Below are positions 1 through 34,289 of a DNA stretch of 64,000 bases, piece by piece. Each line of letters starts with the position of its first letter. Position 1 is the first letter of the stretch. Source of the DNA: Macrostomum lignano (taxonomy: Eukaryota); assembly GCA_002269645.1 (NCBI GenBank), contig NIVC01003751.1, positions 1 to 64,000 on the forward strand. Reading direction: 5' to 3'. The notes beneath the pieces are model-generated. The model was not told where the DNA came from. It did no database searches and saw only the letters and a list, made by a program, of their open reading frames with translations. The position numbers and the translations under genes are program-made.

Positions 1-1342
1 CATTTGATTCTGACTCATGCATCTCAAAATCAGTGAAGAACCAATCTTTAATCCTCAGGGGGGTTTTGAAACGCTCTTGACCGAAAGTTGATCTCTAAAG
101 TAAGGAAATTTACAAAGCTTTGTCACCCTAGTTTTTGTAGGCCTTATTAGGACTTTTCAATCTCCCGGATCAAAAACAAAGTGAATACTGAAGCAAAATT
201 TATTACAAATTTATGTCCAACTGCTAGTTGAGACTGAGTGCAGGACTGCAGAGCAAGATGAACTCACAGCGAGATAAGATTTGACATGTCCCATATTTCA
301 CATGCATATACGAGAGTACTTTGAAGTTTTGCTGAATGAAACCGCTCACATTTAGTCAGGTATGCACACTATTACATGCCTGTGACCTGCGCGGCTTCTA
401 CCATCTGGCAGCATCTTTTCCTTGCGTCCGTTTGTTATGAATAGCTGACTCTGGTATTGTATTTGGCAATTTGACAACACCAGCGGCAGGCATTGGCTCT
501 CAATGCTCTTTGTAGACTCGATGCTCTCACGAATCCCAGTGGATTGGAGTGGATGGAAGTTTTAATTATTCCTCTGCTATAACATTAGCTTGCTTTGCAC
601 CGAAGCACATCTTCGTAGTTATGTAGCAAACTTGCCCATTAATAAGCTAACCTTAGTACGATTATTTTGAAGACTTGGTTTTCTCAACTTAGTGCACAAT
701 ATGTTTGCGAACAATATTTTAATCCCTACCAGCTTGGCACTCGTTCATTTTATATCCATCTATTTATTTGCAGCACATATTCACGATGGTACTCGCATAC
801 CTGCACGATTGAAGTTGATATTTGCACAGTGATATTAATTTGATGTTTTAACCAATTGCTGAAGTAAACTGGTTTGAGCACAGATTTTATATCCTCTGAG
901 TATTCAAGCATGTATAAATTTCAGTGGAAAATGCTACCTCTGAGACAGCGCTTCAACCTCGTTTGTTACTCTCAGTATATTCTTGCAAAGAAGTTCACAT
1001 CTAATTTAATGCGCTTCACACATAGGAATATAAACGAGTTTTTACTGGAAAATCAGTCAGTAGAGTGAGAATTTTAGAGGAAAGCCAAGAAGAAACCCAG
1101 AGTCCTATCAATAATGTGCGGCTGTTCTACAAATGGTGGCTTTTGAGAAATCACTGAGGCGGTGAAGCATTTGTCCATCGTTTTTTTTGTCATCTTCGCG
1201 TAGACGAAACTGAGTAGAAAAAATCGTCCTTGGACTCAAAGCTCCTTGGGCACACCAAGAGTTTCTCGTTGTACATGCAGACATCTCTCGTTGAGTCATT
1301 CGCAATGAGGAAGGTAGAGACGCGACGGAAGGAAATATAAAA

Positions 1343-24903
<23,561 letters not shown>

Positions 24904-25142
24904 GCCGTCTAGCCGAGAGGGGGGTCGAGGTCCGTCTGTTAACGAACTGCGCCTCACCTGGAATGCTCGATGCCTGGGTCTTTCTCGTTGGCTTCCGTTT
25001 CAGACTCAGGTGTTCAGAAGCTGCTTCTTAAAGCTGCACGATTGAAATGCTGCAGAGACACGGCGGCACTGCGGGAATGCACAAATCGAGCGGATCTACA
25101 GTAATTGACTGTCGCGAATCGACTGCCAGCCATTTGACTGCC

Positions 25143-25975
25143 GACCCTAAAACCTTACCCCTACCCTGACCCTAAACCCTTACCCCTACCCTGACCCTAA
25201 ACCCTTACCCCTACCCTGACCCTAAACCCTTACCCCTACCCTGACCCTAAACCCTTACCCCTACCCTGACCCTAAACCCTTACCCCTACCCTGACCCTAA
25301 ACCCTTACCCCTACCCTGACCCTAAACCCTTACCCCTACCCTGACCCTAAACCCTTACCCCTACCCTGACCCTAAACCCTTACCCCTACCCTGACCCTAA
25401 ACCCTTACCCCTACCCTGACCCTAAACCCTTACCCCTACCCTGACCCTAAACCCTTACCCCTACCCTGACCCTAAAACCTTACCCCTACCCTGACCCTAA
25501 ACCCTTACCCCTACCCTGACCCTAAACCCTTACCCCTACCCTGACCCTAAACCCTTACCCCTACCCTGACCCTAAACCCTTACCCCTACCCTGACCCTAA
25601 ACCCTTACCCCTACCCTGACCCTAAACCCTTACCCCTACCCTGACCCTAAACCCTTACCCCTACCCTGACCCTAAAACCTTACCCCTACCCTGACCCTAA
25701 ACCCTTACCCCTACCCTGACCCTAAACCCTTACCCCTACCCTGACCCTAAACCCTTACCCCTACCCTGACCCTAAACCCTTACCCCTACCCTGACCCTAA
25801 ACCCTTACCCCTACCCTGACCCTAAACCCTTACCCCTACCCTGACCCTAAACCCTTACCCCTACCCTGACCCTAAACCCTTACCCCTACCCTGACCCTAA
25901 ACCCTTACCCCTACCCTGACCCTAAACCCTTAACCGAACCCTGATCCTAACCTAAACCCTACCCCCTAAACCCAT
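25143..25975. repeat. Telomere-like 25-bp tandem repeat (minus: TTAGGG TCAGGG TAGGGG TAAGGG T), about 32 copies
   Basis: Period of 25 checked; near-perfect copies with degenerate edges. Confidence 0.95.
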
Positions 25976-26369
25976 ATACACGAACCCCGAGCCAATGAGG
26001 GCCAAGCTCCCATAGCACAGAGAGTGTACATGCCTGACGATGAGAACGCCAGGGTCGCTGTACACCCTGTGTGAGCGCGTGCCTGTATGCGATCTCAGGC
26101 TTCAGCAAAATGGCCAATCGAGCATGAATGCTTGCCTCCCACTGCACTGTCGCTTTGATTCGCTGAATGAAAGGAAGTTGGACTCTAACACTTAAGGAGT
26201 GAGTGCTTTATTGCAACAGCCCAAGGGTGTGCAAAGAATCTAGTCTGGGCTTCTGCGATTTAAACGTTGTCTGCTAGCTAGTGTTAGAAGCGTCGTTTAG
26301 TGTCAGAAGCGCAAAAAACTGCTTTGGGTTCAGTTTGATTGTCACTTAGTGTCTTGGCACACCGTAATC

Positions 26370-26790
26370 CTGCAGCATGGTGGTTTACGCGAGCCGAACC
26401 CTCAGCGACATGGAGCGGCCATTCAGCCAGATCGAGCGCGAGGCCCTGTGCGTCAAATTTCGGGTGCCTGAAGTTCACGTTCTATTCGATGTCTACACGA
26501 TGGCTGCACTACCGCAAGGGCGAGGACAATCCGGCGTATCTCTTCAGTTGCAACCCGCTGCCCGTCAAAGACAAGGCCGCAGAGGCCCGACTATTCAACG
26601 CTGTTGTCCGGGCAGCCACGCCGAAGGGCCTGACAGTCGACAAGATCCGGGCTGCGACCGAGTCGGGTCCGACCCTGACGGTCGTCATGCAAGCGCTGGC
26701 AACCGGAAACTGGAGTTGTGGTGCGACAGCGCCAGCGCGCAGCTTCCGGTTCTTGAAAGACGAACTCGGCGCCCACGCTGGTTCTTTATC
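26370..26790 (+). mobile_element. Degenerate Ty3/Gypsy pol fragment (RNase H to pre-integrase region)
   Basis: VVYASRTLSDMERPFSQIEREALCV, then frameshifted LHYRKGEDNPAYLFS..P..KIRAATESGPTL. Confidence 0.85.
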
Positions 26791-26894
26791 TAGCGACTAA
26801 AGCAGATGTTAGCAATTGGCTACTTGTAGTAGCATGTACTGTCTGTCTATCTATTTCTGTGCCTGTCTGTCCGTATCAGTCATTTATCCATCGC

Positions 26895-27165
26895 TGTCTG
26901 TCTATTTGTCTGCCTGTCCGTATGGTTGTGTCTATTGCACCTGTTTGTGTCTGTTTGTCTGCCTGTCCGTATGGTTGTGTCTATTGCACCTGTTTGTGTC
27001 TATTTGTCTGCCTGTCCGTATGGTTGTGTCTATTTCACCCGTTTGTGTCTGTTTGTCTGCCTGTCCGTATGGTTGTGTCTATTGCACCTGTTTGTGTCTG
27101 TTTGTCTGCCTGTCCGTATGGTTGTGTCTATTGCACCTGTTTGGGTCTGGTTGTCCGTCTGTCTC
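26895..27165. repeat. 49-bp TG-rich minisatellite, 5-6 copies
   Basis: Period of 49 checked (26941 to 26990). Confidence 0.9.
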
Positions 27166-27399
27166 AAAGAAACCGGAAGCCGGACCAACTGAATCCAGAC
27201 CTGAATCAGATCGAATTTAGATATTTTCTAGCCTTACGCTAGAACAGTTCATTGGTAATATCCTGTACCACTAAATCTCTATATGGGAGTTGTATGATTG
27301 GTTTCACCTATATCACCTGTAGCAGAACTTTCAGAGCCTGCGTGCTATTTAATATTCAGCATCGGTAGCTTGGTGAGACGGGCATGGTAGCTATGGGAG

Positions 27400-28032
27400 A
27401 TAGGTCTGGTAGTTGAGAGAAATAGGTCTCGTTGCTGAGGGAGATGAGTCTGGTAGCTACACTGTAAGGGAGATGGGCCTGGTAGCGAAGGGAGATGGGT
27501 CTGATAGATAAGGTAGATGGGTCTGGTAGCTAACGGAGATGGGTCTGGTAGCTGAAGGGAGATGGGTCTGGTAGCTAAGGGAGATGGGTCTGGTAGCTAA
27601 GGGAGATGAGTCTGGTAGCTACAGCGTAACGGAGATGGGTCTGGTAGCTAAGGTAGATGGGTCTGGTAGCTAATGGAGATGGGTCTGGTAGCTAAGGGAG
27701 ATGGGTCTGGTAGCTAAGGGAGATGGGTCTGGTAGCTAAGGTAGATGGGTCTGGTAGCTAATGGAGATGGGTCTGGTAGCTAATGGAGATGGGTCTGGTA
27801 GCTACAGCGTAACAGAGATGGGTCTGGTAGCTAAGGGAGATTGGTCTGATTGCTAAGGGAGATGGGTCTTGTAGCTAAGGAAGATGGGTCTGGTAGCTAA
27901 GGAAGATGGGTCTGGTAGCTAAGGGAGATGGGTCTGGTAGCTAAGGGAGATGGGTCTGGTAACTAAGGGAGATGGGTCTGGTAGCTAAGGGAGATGGGTC
28001 TGGTAGCTAAGAGAGATGGGTCTGATAGCTAA
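27400..28032. repeat. 22-bp minisatellite (AGGGAGATGGGTCTGGTAGCTA)
   Basis: Visible periodicity; related array at 29950-30260. Confidence 0.92.
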
Positions 28033-28689
28033 GCAGTGTACCATGGAAAATAACTTTTTTAATCTAAAGGCCCTTTAGAAGCAGAGTTTGCAATCCAATG
28101 AAGTTTCTCAATGCGTTTTATCCTGCTTCACAAAGCAGTTCAAACAGTGCGCAGTTCTGTTCAGACCAGAAGTGTACAAATGCAGCAGATTGTGTGTAAA
28201 GTCACCCTGCAGATTCAATTTGCTTTGCAGCGCCATCACCCTGCAGCCCACTGCATATAGCGGAACCCTCGAAACGAGGTTGGCCATCTTGCAGCAAGTG
28301 TTGCCCAAGGAGCAAAGCGCAACGCCGCATCATTAGCCATCAGACAGCAAAGTCCAAATAGGGTAGTCAGAAGTAGAAACTGTGCAATGCAGTTTGCTCT
28401 TCTTCTGCATGCCAGAAAGCTAGGCCAAGCAGTGTAGCAAGCTAAATGTCTAGAGTAGCAGCAGTAAGGCTTGGTCTGAAAATTTCAAGCTGGATAAGTG
28501 GCGCTTAACAATTTCCAATTCCTAATTTTACCTGAGTATTCGGAGACAAACTCTAACTTTTACGATTAGAATTTGCTGCAAAAGTTCTTGTTTGCTGTGG
28601 AGGCAAAGAGGTTGGAGGTTAAACTTTCAGTCAGTCGAAGCAGACAGTCTCGAATCAAGAACCTTTTCAGTAAAACCGGCCTCCTAAAA

Positions 28690-29116
28690 CTTCCAAGTTA
28701 GAGCGTTGAACTCACGACTGAAAAGTCAGGGGTTCGATTCCCGATCCTTACTGGAACAATTTGTGTCCTTGAGCTCGAGCAATCTAATAGCAAGCCAATA
28801 AGGGGGGCGGGATTTATGACATGGTAGACGGTCCCGGTTTGCCATTTTCATTGGTTTTTGTAGTCACATCAATTAGTGACAATAAATGCATCATTTTAAA
28901 AGCTTGTTTTGGACTTACTGCTGCTGCAGAGTAGGGAGCGATTGACAATGCAAACGTCACGAAACGAATTGGCCGCATCTTGATACGGAAAGGGCATTAG
29001 CAGGTAAATAAAACGACTGAAAAGTCGGGGGTAACTGTGCATTGCTTCAGTTCACCCAGCTGTAAAATGGGTGCCTGCATTAGCTGGGGTAATTGAGGGT
29101 GTGTGGCGACCCCCCA
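28690..29116 (+). mobile_element. tRNA-SINE copy interrupted by a ~230-bp repeat
   Basis: Head GGGGTTCGATTC..TTGTGTCCTTGAGC (28690-28775) and tail GCATTGCTTCAGTTCACCCAG..GGCGACCCCCC (29040-29116) match the 22432-22625 copy. Confidence 0.75.
28784..29014 (+). repeat. ~230-bp dispersed repeat, copy 1 (copy 2 at 30597-30821)
   Basis: Near-identical direct copies read by eye. Confidence 0.9.
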
Positions 29117-29949
29117 GTCCTTGGACTGAACAGCCGTACGCAGCCTTCAGATGCGCCGCGCAATCGCTGCGGCTGAGCTGTCGGTTGCACATCTGGCCCA
29201 ATTGGGGCAGGTGTAATCAATTATTATCATTATTATTATTGCCTCAAATGCTGGGCGAGCTCACTTCATGGCCGCAACTTGGTAGGTGCAGTGAGGTTAA
29301 TCGTTCTGTAGAACGCTACATTGCTAGTTTCTTCTCGCAGATTGTCGTCAGGATGTGCCCAAGATAAAAAATTGAAAAGAGAAAATGCAGCCTGAATGCT
29401 TGCTTGAATTTTGCTGCTACAAGTGGCGAATCCGCTACAGCCTCGAGGGAAAACTGGATTTGAACGCCGGCAGTCAATTAGTGCAGAACCATATTAGTGT
29501 CATTTTATTCGAGAAATTGAGTTGCCCCCGAGATCCCTGGCGCCGCTTCCTGATCAAGTTTATCGTCTCGAAATTTGAGCAGAGCCTAATTAGCAATTCT
29601 GTCTGCTGCAGCCGCCACTGGAGCACGATTTCCTGTCTCATTAATTGAGCAATGCTGAGCTGTGAATTTTTGCTTCTGCTCGCAATTTCCTACCTAAGCC
29701 ACACTTGCTACCGAGACTCGTGCTTTCTCCAAAGTCTCCGAAAATTGGCTTGGGCAATGGGACGCCGGCCTCAGCAGCTGAAAGTGATGAAAAAATCAAT
29801 TGAACAATTTTTCTCGAGCCGAAGACACTTCTGCCTTGCTCTCTAATAGCTGCTGGAGTCTTAACGATTCCTCAACCTCTGCTGCTGCTCTGAAATCGAT
29901 GGAGAAAAGTACAGAGCAGGCTCATCTTTTTGCGAAACACTCATTTCTG

Positions 29950-30260
29950 CAAATGGGTCTGGTAGCTGAGGGAGATGGGTCTGGTAGCTGAAGGGAAATG
30001 GGTCTGGTAGCTGAAGGGAGATGGGTCTGGTAGCTGAGGGAAATGGGTCTAGTAGCTGATGGGAGATGGGTCTGGTAGCTGAGGGAGATGGGTCTGGTAG
30101 CTGATGGGAGATGGGTCTGGTAGCTGATGGGAGATGGGTCTGGTAGCTGAGGGAGATGGGTCTGGTAGCTGAGGGAGATGGGTCTGGTAGCTGAAGGGAA
30201 ATGGGTCTGGTAGCTGAAGTACCTGATCTAGTAGCTGAGGGAACTGGATCTGGTAGCTGA
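29950..30260. repeat. 22-23-bp minisatellite (GAGGGAGATGGGTCTGGTAGCT)
   Basis: Same family as 27400-28032. Confidence 0.9.
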
Positions 30261-30596
30261 TGGAATTGGTCAGACAGGTCTTTGTGCTGAAAAACAGATC
30301 AGAAGCGTAAATCTAGGAAAATCCATTGCAAAGCAAGCTGCAAAGCTCTGGGTTATGATTTTTATCGCAGATAGATTATTTATGATTTACTGTCAGATTA
30401 ATCATTTACTGACACCCAACAAGCGACAAGGGTAGCCTAATTACCTAATCTGCCTATAACTCACCATTTAAGTGTATAATTATTGCATTTCCAGCCAGTT
30501 CCAGCCTCAATCAAAGCTTCCAAAGACCCTTTACGGTAAACAGAATTTGTTTTGCTCAGACACACGATCCGAGGGCAGTGTGGGCTGGCAATAAAA

Positions 30597-30821
30597 CTAA
30601 TAGCAAGCCAATAAGGGGGCATTTATGACATGGTAGCCGGTTCCGGTTTGTCACTTTCTGTGGTTTTTGTAGTCACATCAATTAGTGACAATAAATGCAT
30701 CATTTTAAAAGCTTGTTTTGGACTTACTGCTGCTGCAGAGTAGGGAGCGATTGACAATGCAAACTTCACGAAACGAATTGGCCCCATCTTGACACGGAAA
30801 GGCATTAGCAGGTAAATAAAC
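30597..30821 (+). repeat. ~230-bp dispersed repeat, copy 2
   Basis: Matches 28784-29014. Confidence 0.9.
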
Positions 30822-31588
30822 AGAGTAGGGCGACTACGAACTATACCGTATATAGTCATCTTTGCCTTGACGTGAAGAAATACTGCATGTTTTCTACTAA
30901 GCTCGTATTGTGTTTTCTAAAAGGATTTTTTTTCGATTTCATGTTGACTGCATTGCGCCAACTGGGGTCTCAGCGCATTATCTTCGGACGAGAGCAGTGT
31001 GTGACAAAAAATTGCTGCATAAATGCATTCATGGGGAGAGTCGTGTTAAAGGAAAAGTTTCAGTCTCCACTTTTCAGCATTCTTTGGATATTTTGGTCAA
31101 ATAAACTTAAACGACCTAGCTTGGATTTGAGCAGACGCTCAAGTTTCAAATAGTTTTTAAAGAGCCCAAACGGTTATGAAACTTTCAGGGTGTGAAAGCC
31201 AAAATTGAGAATTTCCTGAGGTACCTACGTCTTATTACTTAAGTGGACATTGCGATCAACACACAAACTGCAAGTATCAGAGCCAAGTTCGAACTAAAAG
31301 TGCCTAACTAATCAATTGCAAAGTCCCCAACCATTAGAGAAACTTGTTGAAATCCTGGCTCAACACACCCAATAAATGCTGATTTAATATTACGAGTATA
31401 ATCAAATCTCTAAATGTTACTCACCTGATAAAATGAGTCAGTTTAGGTCTGCAGTATCTTAGAAACTTAGAGCACAACCATCGCTGTGCAACAGACTGTG
31501 AATTACGTCGTGTGTTCTTTTCAGCAGCAGTTTTGGCATCATGCATTCAGCTCGCTGATATTGTTCGATCGTTCCCTCGCGGTCATAG

Positions 31589-32710
31589 TGAAGTATAGGT
31601 GTCTTGCCTGTGGTTGTCTAGAGGCCTTCAATAGGAACGCTGCCCCGGTGAAGTACAGTTGCTTGAGCTCCTCTGGGAAGTCTCCGGGTTGATCTAGCGT
31701 TGGTAGTGCTGCCACCAGCTTCGCAGAGTCGCAGCCTTCGGTGAGGTGCTGAGCTCGTAGAAGCAAATAACTAAGACGAGAGAAAGAGACTCGCACTTCG
31801 TGCAGATTTAGCAGTTCTCGCGCAGAGGTGCCCACCGTCAGCAGTCCCTGCCGGGCTGGTGCGGGGTGAGAGCGAAAGTGCTAGCTTCGGGCGATCCGAG
31901 CTGGCCTGCTAATTGATAGCAGGAACAATCAGAGGCAGTCACGCGCAAAGTCGGGAGTTTGGAGTTCACTTTAAGCGTCAACTTGGCACACAACTTAGAG
32001 TTCGCTAGAAACGAAACGGAAGGAACGCTAGGAAAGCTTGGAAAGCTAGGAACGCGAGGAACGGTAGGAACGCTGAAAACGCAGAAACGAGAGGCTGAAA
32101 CGGAAGGGCCGGTTAACGGAAGGAAAGAAAGGCTTGTCTGAGCCAAGCCAGGAGAGGGGCTGCATTTATAGGGAGGATCGATTGCACCATAGCACGAAAG
32201 GCCCCCGCTGAGAGTCATAAGTGACTCTGTTGCTATTTTTAGCAACAAACAAGCGGGCCCTGCCTCAGAGGAGGCAAGGGGGGGTCCGGGCGCACGTGAT
32301 CTCCCCATAAACACGAGCCCAGCGTACAATGATGAAATCATTGCACTTTGGACTAAAGAAGGAAGAGGGCCTTGTCATGTGACTGACTCACATGACAAGG
32401 GGAAAAGGCCCACAAGTGAAGGCACTCGTGACCGTGGGACCGGAAAACAGAAGGCACTCCAAATTTGGAGATGCCTGACAGAGAACGAAACAGAGGCAGG
32501 CCAGACCAAGCTGTCTGGGCACTGCAAAAAGGGAAAGCGAGACAAAAGGGGCAAACGAGGACAAACAGACAGACAGACAAACGGGCAGAGGACAGGCCAG
32601 GGACAGGCGGGAGGGACAGGCAACTGCCCAGCGGCAGACAGAAACCTGGGGAGAAGGCGAGGGCAACAGCTGACTAGTGCGGCGCCTAACTAAACTAGCG
32701 ACTCACTACA
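31589..32710 (-). repeat. 3' LTR
   Basis: Near-identical to 40631-41753; TATAAAT at 32164-32170 (minus). Confidence 0.97.
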
Positions 32711-32718
32711 CTCTCCCC
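32711..32718 (-). promoter_or_regulatory. Polypurine tract (GGGGAGAG)
   Basis: Directly abuts the 3' LTR start on the minus strand. Confidence 0.85.
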
Positions 32719-33112
32719 GTTCAAATAAAGAGGCGGAGTGAAGCGGCGCGCGCTTTATTTAAAACAAAGTAAACGTGAATTTACTGACAAAAGAAAACAC
32801 ACAAAATTTCAAATGCGCTCGTGAAATTGCGCGACTGGCCAGGTCGTAAAGATAGTGGCCTGATACCGCGGGGGCGCCAACCCGCTAATAGCCTGCGCCT
32901 AACTATTCCTCGTGCTCCAGCCCGCAAAATTAGTGCTCGAATTTGGTGTGGGGGCGCCGGCCCACCCTAGAAATGGCGCCTAAATATTGCGCGGGCGATA
33001 CCTGAATACACAAGCCAACCGGCTTAAAATTCCTGCATAAGGGCGCTTAACTAGCGCGGCAAACGGGGCAACTTCATTGTCAACAGGGCGTACATCAGCG
33101 TACGGCCGCCAA

Positions 33113-34218
33113 TCAGTCAAAATAGCACAGACGCGGAGTCATCAAGAGCATCGGCAGGTCTTCTTCCCCGCCGCCCATGAATCGGGCAACGCGGACGGCC
33201 GCCAGGTGGAGAGCGTACGGCCGGTTCGGCCGCTCCAGGTCGGGGCCGGCCAGGCCGACCGCCTCCGCGAATAACCGGCTCCTCTCCTCGGCCGTGGTTT
33301 GACGGAGCTCCGCCCAGATCGGGCCACCGAGGTCAACGATTTCTCCGCCTTGCCGAGCCGCTCTGACGAGTACAGCGCTTATCAGGTTGGCGCCGGCAGC
33401 GATGACGGTAGCTCGGTATTCCGGTATTGGCGACTCCGTTTGAGTGCCGGTATCGAGCGTTTCCGCCGGACGTTCGGGCGATGGTGGCGGGGCCCTGGGC
33501 AGGGTGCGGCGCAGCGACGCGGCCAGGTCGGTCCAAACAGCTGAGGAGCATGCGGCCGCTCCCTGAGTGTCATCGGTCCAAGACATCGGAGACGGGGCCG
33601 CGTCGGGATGCCTGGCGTCGTCGAGATCCCCTCCGCGTTCATCTGTTCCGCCGGGCCTGCCGTGGTGCTCCGACCCGACTCGCTCACGGGCCGCCGGCCG
33701 AGCCCCGTCGATGTCTGGAAGGGAATTGCGGACTTGGAGGCGGATGTCCGCCAAGCCCCGCATCACCTGCTGTTCCAGCTGCACGTAAGCCAAAGCGGCC
33801 GCGATCCGGTCGACCATGAGTGTCCGCGCAGTCGCGTCTGGCGATGGCGAGTCGCGCGTGAGGTCGATGACTTCGGGCGAGTGTCGTTGACCCGAGCGGG
33901 GTGTTGAGCTGCATGGCTCTCCAGAACGGGCGAAGGGCTTCGCCTGGGTGCCGATGTTCGGAGTGGCCTCCCATTCCGCCTCTGGGGCTCGGGAGACGGC
34001 GTGCGACGGTGAGGGCGCCGATCAACCTGGCGCGTCGGCCTCGCCGAGCCGTTGCCTTCAGCCCTGAGTCTCCGGTTAATTGTCTCCAGCGGGCGCCGCG
34101 GGATCCCCATGGTCTCTGGCGAGACCGGGGTACCAGGTCGGCGCCGGCTACGGCTAGGCCGCCCTTGCTCCGCATCGGACGAGGAGCTTGAGCTCACGTG
34201 GAGCGGACGCTTGTGCAT
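33113..34218 (-). CDS. Extra retrotransposon ORF after integrase (Arg/Ser/Pro-rich part 34218-~33820 plus 234-aa ORF 33113-33817)
   Basis: ATG at 34218 just after cttgcag; ATG-started 234-aa ORF in the -1 frame; no recognisable family. Confidence 0.55.
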
Positions 34219-34289
34219 TTCTGCGCTGCAAGGTTTTAATTTGTGCACACGCATGCGGGCGGTGCGACTAACGTACGTTTTGGCCCTAG

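Noticed and set aside
31700-31712. Second PBS-like TGGTGGCAGC inside the LTR
   Set aside because: Only 10 nt and not positioned at an LTR boundary; may be chance
31838-32341. 167-aa ORF present in both LTRs
   Set aside because: Lies within the LTR, reflects short internal repeats, has no recognisable domain, and is identical only because the LTRs are identical
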